DNA of 64,000 nt from Azolla caroliniana (taxonomy: Eukaryota > Plantae > Polypodiophyta), in contig JBHGNT010000018.1 in NCBI GenBank assembly GCA_043228905.1, forward strand, positions 15,500,001 to 15,564,000. The letters run 5' to 3'. The translations under genes were made by a program, and so were the position numbers. The notes beneath the pieces are model-generated. The model had not been told where the DNA came from and did no database searches. It saw only the letters and a list, made by a program, of their open reading frames with translations. Every line of letters starts with the position of its first letter. Positions within the stretch are counted from its first letter, which is position 1. Below are positions 44,101-56,300 of the stretch, one piece after another.

Positions 44101-44593
44101 CTCTTAAGCTTGGATCGTTAGCGACTTCCTTCATCTTTTGCCAGCTATCTTCCGGTAGCGGAACCGCAACTGGCTTGATCTTCTTATCCACCGTTTTATA
44201 TTTGGTGTTGATGTCAACTTCCTTCATTGAGATGCCACGACGGTATTCATCGATGATAGCGTACATGTTGACGGAGTTAACCGAAATCACGCGTTGATTG
44301 TGAAGATAGCTCAAGTCCACGACGTCCTCGATTTCGCCGATGGTGTCGTTAAATGAGGCTTCTTCCATAATATGAGTCACGAACTCTCCTTCTTCTATTA
44401 TGTTCTCTTCTTTCAGCATCTTCTCGAATTGTTGTATCCGGCGCTTGTGCTTCTTGTCGGGTAGTACTAGTTTACATGCGCCACTAGGTGTGACACATGT
44501 TGCTTCTCCTTGCAATCCACGCACTCTTCTTTCTTGTGGGGTCTTGTGATTGCTCGAACTATTTGTGCCCCATGCTTCAATAGTCCGCTCTAA
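41105..44593 (-). pseudogene. Element D pol ORF2 (RT-RH-INT), one frame with two nonsense codons
   Basis: ORFs 44524-42338 and 42286-41105 are in the same frame, separated only by TAG and TGA; the frame is open back to the slippery site at 44593. Confidence 0.92.
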
Positions 44594-46788
44594 AAATCCG
44601 AGGATTCGCCTCCGAGACTATCTCGATTCCTTTCATGATTGGCTCGCACCGTTAGGAATTGGACCGATCTTTGGTTGTCAAGTCTCTTTATTCGTGCGAA
44701 GGCTGCTCCATTATCGAACACTTTGGTCTCCATCCGAGATGATGTGATATAAGGTTGCCCTAGGATGACAGGATGCGACGCCGATTCTTGTACGAAGAAG
44801 TGTTGATCCATCTCCACATCCCTGATCGTGACTTTGACATTGGGACAAGCTCCGTACAAGTCCTCCGTAGACTTTGTTGCCGCGCGAATCTTCCATCCGT
44901 GGTTTGTATTGATTGGCCATCTTCCCTTTTTGTAGAAGTCGGTTGACATGAGGTTGATCTCCGAGCCGTGGTCGATCAAGGCTACCACGGTCTCTTTCTT
45001 CTCCCCGATCTTCACCGGCGTCTCCGTTGTCGCTCGTGCCCAATGAGGTCGAGTGTAGTGGCTGTCCACCATATCTTCATCGATTTCGTCTCTTGCCATC
45101 GTTATGACATTCGTTTTTGCTTTTTGCGGCTTCTCTTCTTCCTCGTCCGATTGTTGTCTCTTTCTCTTTACAAGGTCCACGATCGTGTCATGGAACTCCT
45201 TCTTCGTAATGCCAAGCAATTCCCTCAAGGACAAAGTTACGTGGCTATCAAGAACTCGTTCTTCGAGAATCTTCTTTAGGTCCGTCGTCTGCTCTATGTC
45301 CGACCTTAGCTTATAGGTAGGTATAGTCCTTGTCCTCCGAGTGGGGTCTTCGACACCAACCTTCACGGGCCGAACCGTTTCTTCAACTCGTATGCTTGGC
45401 TCCCCTTTTCGGCTTGATTCTCGTTCCTCCGTTTGTAAAGGTCGACTCGTCTCCGTATCGTCCTTCTTTTTCGCGTTCCTTGTTTCATGTCTTTTTGATG
45501 GGCCTTGCTCTTCTATTCTCTTTCTCTTTTCTTCGACGAACACCTCGTGGTTGTCGCACATCACCTCTGCGAGTATGGTGTTGTCGTTCACCGGATCAGA
45601 CCACCCGGTTATGCTTTGCACGCTTCGGTCCGCAAGCTCTACCTCGTTCGATGTGATTTTTCCCTTCTTCTCATATTCGAGAACGGAAGTCCAAAACTTT
45701 GCTCCCGCTCTAGCAGCTTCAGTCTTGTCTTTCCCGACTCTTATTCCGGCCGACGCAGCATAGTGCATCGCATCCACATGAGTCGCATCGGCATCCTCCA
45801 TAGATCTCTTCATTCCTCCTCTTCCGAAATTCACCCGTAGGGGTCTTCTAGTCTCGCTTGAGCAGATCATGTTGTCCTCTATGTATACGATATTTTGTCG
45901 AATCGCCTCTCGAAGGCTCGCACAATCCCTTCTCATGTGGTCCATGCTATCGCACCACACGCATCTAAAGGGTTCTTTTCCTTTAGGGCCCCGACGATTC
46001 ATGTTGGCTAGAGTGACCTTCTCGAACTTCTTCGCTAGCTCTTCAATGATGTCGTCATCAATCTTCTTTTCTTCCACGTTACTTTGTCTTGGCGGCTCAG
46101 CTACTTTCGGCGGTCTTGCTTTCTCCGTGGTAGTCGGTCCTGTCAAGTCGGTGTCATCAACCCATTGGCGACGCTTGTCGAGCCTATTGCATGCCCGCTT
46201 CACCGCGATCCAGTCCGCTACGAGCCCATTTGCTTGGGTATCATCTTCGAGAAGAGTCCCCAACTCCCGTCTATCCTTTATGTCCACGGCCTTCAAGAAG
46301 TACAAAGTCTTGTCCTCTTCAAGCAATACTTGATCCGTATTGGGGAGACGACTAAACATCTGGTCGAATTCGTCGTACACCCTCGAGACGCTCATCTTCT
46401 TATTCTTCTTCTCTATCCACTTCATCAGGGCATGTCGAGTCATCCTCGTTGAGTCTTCAGTCACGAACTCCGCTAGTATCGTTTTCTCGAACTCGGACCA
46501 TGTTGTCTTTCCTTCTTGAAGCTCGATGACGCGTCTTTGGATGTTGTTGGCGACAACTCTCTTGAAGCTTGCGATTTGACGTGCCTCGGACACGTCCCTT
46601 TAATTCATCTCCCTCTTATATGCATCAAGGAACTTCGTAACGTTCCTTCCATCGAATTGGCCCTCGAGCTCTACGACACGATCGACAGCCTTCTCCACGC
46701 TCGCGTCGTTGTCCCGAGATCTCATCATTTGCTCGACGATTAGCATCATCCTTTCGAGCTCTCCCGCTTGGTTGCTTGAGGACGCCAT
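44590..46788 (-). pseudogene. Element D gag-protease ORF1, one in-frame nonsense codon at 46602-46600
   Basis: CVWCDSMDHMRRDC knuckle, ALIDHGSEINLM protease, VILGQPY; ends SSDF*. Confidence 0.92.
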
Positions 46789-47889
46789 CTCCAAGTATTA
46801 ATCTTGACTTGATCCTTCCTACCGCCTCTTTCACGTTGGTTTCACCACTTAATTATGTCGTGAAGATCCGTCACTACGCGCGGATCGTGAGGCGGAACCG
46901 CCGGGGTTCTGGACCAGAAGGATTTAGAGTCGATACAAGCTTTGGCGAGAAAGTACTTAAGATAGATTGGGAAAGAGAGAAGTTGAGATTACACGATTGA
47001 TTTGAAAACGAATTTCTTCCTCTTAATTTTCATAAAAAAAAACCCGTGTTTTTTCTCCTCACCCTTCCCTCTTTTATAGATGCTCTCATGCATATGATGC
47101 ATGTGAGGGTACAAGACATGCATAAATTGCATGTTTGCCATTTGGCGCTTAAGTATTACATGTGGTGCATGCTAACCATGTCACTCATTTTAGCTCTCAT
47201 GTATGAGAATTTACATGTAAAAGTACAATGATAGAAATATAATTTCAACTAAATACCATGGCTTAATGGTAAGCCATTTGACTCCTAACTTGGAGGTGTA
47301 AGGTTCAAATCCATATTTGCCCTCCTTGTATATGTAAATATGTGTATATATTTATATATTTATTTTATCTAGTCGCCGGACGCCGGTTCTCCGGATATCG
47401 TCACCGGATACCGGTGCCTCGCCGGATGCCGCCGCCGGATACTGTCGGTCGCCGGATGCCGCCGCCGGATTGCGGTCGGATGCCGTCAGATCACCGGCTC
47501 CATCGCCGGTCCGGTTTTGGTTGGCCAAAAACCCTTTTTGAGTAGCTAGCCACCTCCACTCTTAATTCAAGTTACCTTGAACTCTCTATGCTCCACACAT
47601 AGACACAAAGATAATATCTTTTGCTCCACCTTATATATGATGAGAGCCGTATTTGTCGTGCCTATGTGGGATATCTCACAATTTTCTCTTTTCTTTTCAC
47701 AAACTTTATACCCTCATATCTTGACATTTAGTTGTCCATTTCTCGTGTAATAAAGTGCATTCGAAACCTCCATAATTTTGTACTTAGATATTAAAAATGT
47801 TATCTTCACAATTATTGTATTACGTGATTCATACTCGATTTCGTACGTTTTATGGGATTTTCACACTATTGCCGAAAATCTTCACGACA

Positions 47890-48285
47890 ACGCCACCAGG
47901 CGGTGGCCTGACCCCCTAGTTCTCGGCTGACATATGCAATCTTCGTACTATCTGGCGTGGGGTAGAGCTCAAAATGAGACTCCCATCGACCCAGCCACAT
48001 GTAGATTGCTTCTTCGGTTCTTTCCTTTTTGTCTCCCGTAAATGGCTTAACGACAAACGATGGTTCACCCTGTCGCTCATCAGGTCTATTAGTCTCACGT
48101 TGTAGACTAATGACACATGCTTCAAGAGCACTTTGAGATTGCCGAAGTTCGGTCATCTGTTGAGCGGTGAAACTAAGGTATTGGGTTATTTGCGAAAAAT
48201 ACATCTCAATGGACATTTGTCCAGGAGGTTTCCCTTGAGTTCCTTCCGCTTGAGCGGATGACATCGGGTCGTTATTTTGAGCCAT
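47890..48285 (-). pseudogene. Element A gag N-terminus
   Basis: MAQNND...FTGD...WLGRWE...ATAWWR; the frame resumes at ~39963 when D and one TSD copy are removed. Confidence 0.8.
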
Positions 48286-50711
48286 TAAATGATTATTTCT
48301 AGAAAAGAAATAGGATAAGGTCAGAGACATAGTCATAACATCATGTTGTGATGTAAACCTAACATGGGCGAGCATTAATCGATATCATTATCTCACGTCA
48401 ATACCCCTCTAGACGTATGAGATGAGGTTCAAGATCAGGTTACTATGGTAACACAAAGGTGTTTTAAAAACCATGGGGGTGACAAATAAATGTCTTTCCC
48501 TGATCTCTATATCGATTTTTTCATGGTGGCTCCCCGAGGCTCAACCATGTATGTTCGCGTCATGAATAGTTTATACACGAAAAAAATGTTAACAATAAAC
48601 TATGTTTCTGTGCCCACATATGTGGTTTCGGCTCTTTAAGTCCTATTACGAGGACCCCGAAGTGCACTTAGACCTCAAGTCTAAACATGTGTTATAGTCA
48701 TATGTATCAACGATGTTGTATGGTCTTGGTCATATTTGAACTCGAGACCTCGAAAACAAATGCATTAAACACCTGAGCCAACCAAGTAGGTTGCTCTTCT
48801 TGAATGTTTAATGTTTTATGCGTATAAGAGATATGCGAGGCATTTGCCCATATATGTTTTTTTAAAAGAAACATATATGTCAAGAGTCCCTATTTCGCCC
48901 TCATTTACTACAACTATGTTGGTACGTTACCTAACCTCAAGTCTCGTAATTATGATGGCATATGCCAAAGTGCAACCTAATGGTCAAGCCAAATGAACAC
49001 TCTTTTCGTAGTAGGCCCACGTGGCCCATCACATGGTCACGTCAATACGAATGCCTCTCATAAGAATGATCTCATGGTGGCATCGTATCCATGAAATGAG
49101 GGAGGGATGTTGGATACGTGTGTCATAAGAGCGACCTCACATGAAGTGGGTCAAACCCTACGTACTCAACATCATTATGGCTATTGGTGTTTCTTTACGT
49201 AACGAAATATCGAAGTCACCAACGGGGATTTCAACAATAAAAAATTGTTGAAAAAAAAGGATGGTGACAACACGATTCTCACAAAAATGTGAGGACGGCC
49301 ACCAAGAACCTTTCCCCGAAAAGGAAAACATTCGATTTAAAATCACGTAAGAACGTATATACACATATGTATATTATCACATATATACGATCAACTACGT
49401 ATACACGTGACCACATATGCCTATATTAAAGAAATTGTTATATTTAATAGCCAAAAATGACGTAATCGAGGCATATACCTCTACGCACACGAGACATCCA
49501 AAAATAAGGGTTCAACGTAATACGCAATTGAGGTATTGACCTCTTACACATACGAGACCAAACGCATATCATTTACAACAAAATGGAGGTGTTGACCTCC
49601 ACGTAATACGTAATTGAGGTATTAACCTCGTACGCATACAACACTCATCACATATTATTTATATGTCAAACAAGGTATTCACCTCGTGCACATATGTAAA
49701 CATTTTAGATAACCAATTAAATACCACTACAACATCATTTAATTAATGAAAATAATCTACATATTAACCATACACATGATTAGATGAGAGAAGAAAAAAT
49801 AGAGAAAAAATAACAAGAAAGATTACCGAAGTTCCTTGTTGATCCTTGTCTACATGAAGGCCAACCGCACAACGATCGATCACCATCCATCGAGAAGATA
49901 AGACCAACAAAAGAAAGATTAGTACATAGGCTCGGATACCAAATATTAGAGACATGTACTAAAGTAAGCATTAGATAAGGATAGATCTAGGTAGATAGAA
50001 AGAAAGGAGAGAGAGAAAGAAGGGTGCCAATCCACCCGACCACCCCCGAGCGAAGGGATCGAGACGGACTGGAGCCTCGATCGGCGTCCCATACCACTGT
50101 CGTGGCGTCGCGTCGTACCTGGTGCTGGCGCGCTCGTTACAAGAGTTGACCCACCACAAGTCAGAGTCTCGATGTAGTCAACAAGATAGTCAAATGGTAG
50201 CTAGGCCTCTTATTTATAGTGATACCCAAGGCCCCCAGGCAAGTTCACACTTGGCCTAATGGGTTGTCTCAATCCCGAGGATTTAAAAGTAATCCTCCCC
50301 TTCTTTACACTCTCGTTTAACCCTCACACTTATCCACGTGTATAGAATACTACGGTAAATTCTCACCACGGGATATTATATGGTCATTCCCATAACAGTT
50401 AGCCCCATAAAAGACATGAAAAGGGCATGAATCATAGATGCATTGACAAACAAGAGGGGATGAATCGACCATAAAATTTCTCAAACAAAACATATTATTT
50501 TTGGTGTCTACCAGTGACAATTAATGAAAAAATTAGTAATAGAAGAGTATGTCATAGTTTTTTTTCCCTTAAAAGAGGAGGTGTTTACGTATTTTTTCGA
50601 AAACATACAAGTTTGTAAGAAAATGTTACATGTTTACTATGCCTCAGAAATAAGTTTGTTCTTTTATCGTTTAAATAAGCCAAACCATTTTCAATAATCA
50701 TTGAATCATCT

Positions 50712-53272
50712 CTTTTTTTTTCCAAAAAAAAACTCCTTCCATTAGTTATAAAATTTTACTAATGAGACGATTATGTACAAATCCTTGAAGGAACGTGATA
50801 GTTCCATCTTATGTGGATGCCCACTGACTCAAGAAAGGGAGAGGACGACCATTTTTGGATGAAGGTTATTCGTTGTCTTTCAACTCCCTCGGAGCCGCCC
50901 TTAAGGCCATCAGATTGGCTCTTCAGAGTGGCTACAATTTCACTCCATATCTCTTGCAATAACCTTGTTGGATGTGTGGTTTGGTTGGAGAAGACTCGCC
51001 TACATCGTTGCTTCCATAGAATCCAAAGAGTTAGTGGGCTGACCAATTCCAACACCTCTTGAGAATTGTCATTAAGAGGAGTGGAGTGGACATGGCCGTT
51101 GGAGGAGAAAAAAACCTCTTGTGCTTCTATCACCAAAGTCATCCCCTCCTCCTGATGCTTGTATTTGCCAACTGCAGTCTGCCATGATAGCCAACATATA
51201 TTTCCCCACTTGATTGAGCCTTGCACTTGGCATAATTGCAACAATCGGCCAACCCCCCGCCATATTCAATGGGACGTTGGGTAATCCCACAAAGTGTGTC
51301 GTATTGATTCTACTGCATGTGGGTACTCTACACAATTAGGAGAGCTAAGGTTCCCACATTGCCATACTCCCACCGGTAGGGACTTATGTATTAATAGCCA
51401 CTAGAACGTGGTAATTCGCCTCGCGTGTTGTTGTTTCTAGAGTTTCTGCCAAAACTTGGTGATTATTGTGGGAGGAACTTGAAATGTGTGCCAGACCTTC
51501 GCAACAGCCGACTCTCGGCCGGTTTGAGCAGTTAGAATGTGGCGACCCAATCTAGTTGTGAATTGGAAGAAAGGGATGGGTTTGCTTCCTTGCCCCGCGT
51601 AGGGATCACGCCATGTCCATTGCAAAGGGTCCCAACTAACCTTATGTAGCCATGTGTTTTCATGAGTACATATGTGCCAATCGGGTTGTACTTTGATCGG
51701 ATTAAGATCTACAATCCATTTATGACCAGTATACGCGAGTACTCGAATTTCGTTATTCTGTGTTGGTGTCTCAATTTCTCGCAATTCAGAGCCTTCGAGC
51801 CTGTTTGGTGGTCCCCTACCTCTCGGGATTAGAGATCCCTCCTCCTTGTGGCCTATCCATTTCTCCATTGTTGTCCTTTGAGTAGCAGATTCCCTAATCA
51901 GTAGAGCGTTAATGATTTCCGATCTCATAGTCCATTTGCCCCTCATTCCATGGAGTATGTTCGCCTGATATTGTAGTGTTAGTGACATAAACCGTGGCCA
52001 ACATTCTATACTTTTTCCTAGACCTTCTACAATGTATCCCCATGACAACCCCTTACGTGATCCCAGTAGTTGATTAGATTCATCCTTGATACATGGGTTC
52101 CATAGGATACGTTGACTGAGCCAGGCAGGTTCGGATCTCGGTTGATCACACTTGAGCCCTCGACAAATGTCACATCATGCCTTCCACATGGATGCACTAA
52201 ATCTATCCTCCAATTGGCGGGAGAAACTAGGTTTGAGATCCATGTTTAGAATCCATCCTGTTTGGGGGGCCCAATTAACCCTTTTTCGTGGCCTAAAGTA
52301 AGCGAAACGTAACCTCAATACCATTTTCCAACAATCATTTCCTGGTTGGAGTCCTCACACCACAAATTTGGCAAGTAAGGCTTTCAATTGTGAAAGGGGA
52401 TCAATAAGACCCAATCCCCCTCTCGACTTAGGCGTTGTGAGTATAGGCCGCGCCACCTTGGCGCGAGCTACATGGTCTTCCTTACCAGACCAAATGTAGT
52501 TGCGGACCAGTCATTGAATCTGATGTATACTTTCCTTGGAGATTGTCCAACATGATAGACTGTACCATGCTGTTGCGAGTACTACCTGATTTGACACTAT
52601 GATGCGACCCGCTAGCGATAATTTTTTCGAGCTCCAATGTATCAACTTTTGTCGAATGGAATGGATAACGGGTGCAATCATAGTCTCCGGCGGTATGTTG
52701 AAACCAATTTGGAAACCCAAATATTTGGTGCTCGCTCCTTGATTGATCCATTTGAAAACGGGATGTGGGTGCCATGCCGGATGTGTTTCCTGAGAGAGCC
52801 ATATTGCGCAAGATTTGTGCCAATTGATCATGGCATTGGATCACTTGCAAAATATAGCTAGCCCACTTTCTAGCTTTTGGAGGTTTTCCAAGTCCCCTTG
52901 CAGGTAGACTGTTGTGTCATCTGGAAATTCTATATCCAGGATGCTTTGGTGAGGATGAGGTACAGGAAGACCATGTAGGTTGAGATGCCGCGAGTTGAGA
53001 AAGCAAGAGAGTGCTTCGGCGTATAATAGAAATAAGGATGGAGCTAGTGGGCATCCCTACCGTACAGATCGGGATATTCGGAAAAAGGGGCCCCTTTCAC
53101 CTGCTAGCATAGTTCTAGCCATACGTCTCATTCGTGTCATACTCAAACGCCAATATTCGTATCATACTCATACGTGAAAAGGCTCCAAGTATGATTGAAA
53201 TCCATACGCGGTACATAGATATATTATATATACATATGGTGTATATGGTGTACATAGTGTGTGTGTGTGAGG

Positions 53273-53307
<35 letters not shown>

Positions 53308-56300
53308 TGTGTGGTCTAGAGAGAGAAGCCCTGTTTTGCATGTGTGAGGAGACAGTGATTGAGTGTATATCTAGACTCTAGAGAGAGAGAGAGAGAGAGG
53401 AGCTATGGGTTTTGTCTGTGTGAGGGAGTATCTAATATGTATATTAGATATCTAGATTTTGTAGAGAGAGAAAATCTGTCAGTTCTCGTGTGAGAGAGAG
53501 AGAGAGAGAGTGTGTGTATGTGTGTCAGATGTCACTTCTATTCACAAAATATTATGAATATCAAAAATTAAAAAAACCAAAAAAAAGTAAAAAAAAAAAA
53601 AAAAGCCAAACGAATATCGCGTATCATACGCGTACGTTTGCAAACGTTCGCGTACGTCCAGTAAATTGGACGTACGCGAATATTAGGAACTATGCCTGCT
53701 AGCGAAACACAATTGCTGCCATTCCTATAAAGTCGTGCAATGCCTTTGATCCATGTCTCTTGAAAGCCGAGTTTCCTCATCACACTTTCTAAGTTCCAGC
53801 ATACCCTGTCATATGCTTTCTCAAAATCTAGTAGCACCACCGCTACCTTGTTGTTGGTACGTTTGGCAAGGGCTACTGCTTCCCAGAATGAGAAGAGGTT
53901 GTCTAGGATGCGCCGATTTCTAACGAAATTTGTCTGGGACAAATGAATGAGTTGAGGGAGAAGTGGTGTTAAACGGCGTGCCACGATTTTTGCGAGCAAC
54001 TTATAGACAGTATTGAGAAGAGTTATGGGCCGCCACTTGCTAATGTTGTTGGCCTTCCCACCACTTTTAGGAATGAGATGTATCATCCCCTGTCCAAATT
54101 CCTCCGGCATGCTTCCAAAGGTGATGATCTCCTCATATGCTTGGAGTAGGTCTTCTTTAATAGTGTCCCAAAGGCATGTGAAAAAGTGCGGGGTGAGGCT
54201 GTCGATTCCGGGGCAACTCTCGGCATCTAAATTAGTGAGGGCCTCCCATATCTCGATGATTGATAGGGGACGCACGAGCCATGGATTCATTTCCGGCGTG
54301 ACTTTCTTGGGTATGCATTGGAGGATAATATCTTCTCTTATGTCTTCCCCTGTAGCTATAATGTCTTCGGTGAGTAGGCAGTTATAATAACTTGTGGCAA
54401 TATTCCTCATTTCGTCGCCATCTTCAGTGGCCGTTCCATCCTCTTGGTTGAGGCTGTGCATCACAGTTCGAGTGTGCCTCGGGCCTTTGGAGCGGAAGAA
54501 TTCCTTCGTGGTTTTGTCCCCTACTCGAATCCATCGCGCCATGCTTCCATGAAACTCTATGTCATATATTTCCTTTTCCGCCATGCTAAGTTCATGTTTG
54601 GCCGTGGCGACTTGTCCTGTGATCCAAATACATGACGGGTATCTCTGTTGGAGTCTTTGTAATGCTCTTAGTCCCCGTTTGGTCCTCTGTCGCTTCTCCT
54701 GAGCATCCTTGCTTCTGGTCTTTGACAATCTCATGTAGGAGAGTAGAAGCTCTTGTTAATTTAGCTAGAAGTTTGTCAGATGCTAATGAGTCATTGACGA
54801 GTAGTGACCATTGGTTGGAAAGTTTGTCCTTCACCTCTATAAATGTGTAAATAGTGTGTGGGATGCGAGTTTGGAATTGGCCCCATTTTTGGTGCAATTG
54901 AAAATGACCAGCTACCAGGTAATGGTCAGAGAAAGTCGTGCCTGGAGTTATGCAACACCACCCTCCCTTCGCTTCTAGAGCCTCCCCCACATAAATGCGG
55001 TTAATGCGAGATAGGGTGGGTCCACTATTCTGCCCGTCTGATCGGGAGAATAGGAGAGAATCCCTTTTTCGTTGGAAGTTGTTAGAATGCCAAATGTCTC
55101 GCAAGTTAAGGTGGACACATAACTTCTCCCATTGTTTACGTTCCCTTACTTGTAGAACTATGGGGTGGTTGTTGGAGCTATCGTGAATGGATTCGATCAT
55201 ATTAAAATCCCCTCCAATGCACCACTCTTCCGCACCCGCTACTTGTAGGCGGAGGGGGTCCCAAAATGTTGCCCTTTCTGTTCTGCTATTTAGAGCATAA
55301 ACATTCATGAAGCTCCATCATTGCCCCCGGATGGCCAACGTCCAAAAATGTGTCCTACCAGGTATAAGTGATTCCTGGTGTATTAAGCCTTGGGCTAGAT
55401 GTTCCTGAATCAAAGTGCAAATACCACCATGATTTCCATCCTCCCCAATTGCAGGCTCCCAAATTGTTCGCCATGATCCTAGTAGAAGGTCTCTGACTTC
55501 CTTTAACTGCGTGCTATCGAGGTGGTGTTCCTGCAACATGATGATGTCAACACCACTCCCTAGTAAATATTCTTCCAGATCCCTTCTCACTTTCCATCTG
55601 TTTTGCTGGTCTAGTCTACTTCTGAGTCCTTGCACGTTCCATGTTATAATCTTCATACTCATGGAATGGGGTGGGAGATTGCCAGTTGTTCCTGGTGCTT
55701 TGCACAACAATTTGTGAGTGGGAAGCACTCACCATTTAGACATCTAGTCATTTCCAGGGATGGAATAGTGGTCCACATCCATGAGTGGAGTTTGTGGGCT
55801 ATCCTGTGAGCTTCAATCGCGCCTTCATGCTTCTCATAATAAAAGAAAAAGCTTGGAGTTAGTTGGGTGTCTATGATAGTCCATAGGTGGATGTGGCAAA
55901 TATGAGGTTCCTCTTCATCCATGGTGCACCAGAATTCAGTGTTATGCCAATGCTGCTTTAGTTCGTTCATGAGCTCTTCATCTCTTATTTTGGCTACAAA
56001 GCATGTTGCTTGGCTACATAATGTTTCTTTAATCTTGGATTTCGACCAATCCTCCTATGTTGGAAGGAAGAGTGGAAAGGAGATTGAGGTCGTCAGAATT
56101 CTATTATTGTGTACCGTTGATACATGTACCCTTATTTTTGTCATTATCTTGAGCCCTATACCTAGACATTTCAACGCATTTTGCAGGTGTGGTTCAAGGT
56201 CTTGGCTAGAGGAAGCACACTCATTTGTGTCCGGGAAGACTATGATTTGAGGCGTGACATTCAAACTTCTGGCTTGGTTTGTTGCTTCTGTAATGGGTGT

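Larger units (their letters stand above)
39968..47889 (-). mobile_element. Element D: near-intact non-chromoviral Ty3/Gypsy (same lineage as B) inserted in the gag of A
   Basis: LTRs 39968-41032 and 46856-47889 with a 12-bp terminal inverted repeat TGTCGTGAAGAT/ATCTTCACGACA; exact 4-bp TSD ACGC; Trp-type PBS 46847-46830 (2 mismatches); same PPT as B. Confidence 0.96.
23104..50397 (-). mobile_element. Element A: Ty3/Gypsy chromovirus, outermost element of the nest, decayed
   Basis: 5' LTR 50397-49944; 3' LTR split into 35937-35634 and 23260-23104; TSD GTTAG at 23099-23103 and 50398-50402; Met-type PBS TGGTATCCGAGC at 49941-49930; PPT AAAGAGGGGGAG next to 35937. Confidence 0.95.

Noticed and set aside
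24140-46500. Many 60-200 aa antisense or alternate-frame ORFs within the retroelements
   Set aside because: Expected in GC-rich coding DNA; no recognisable motifs.
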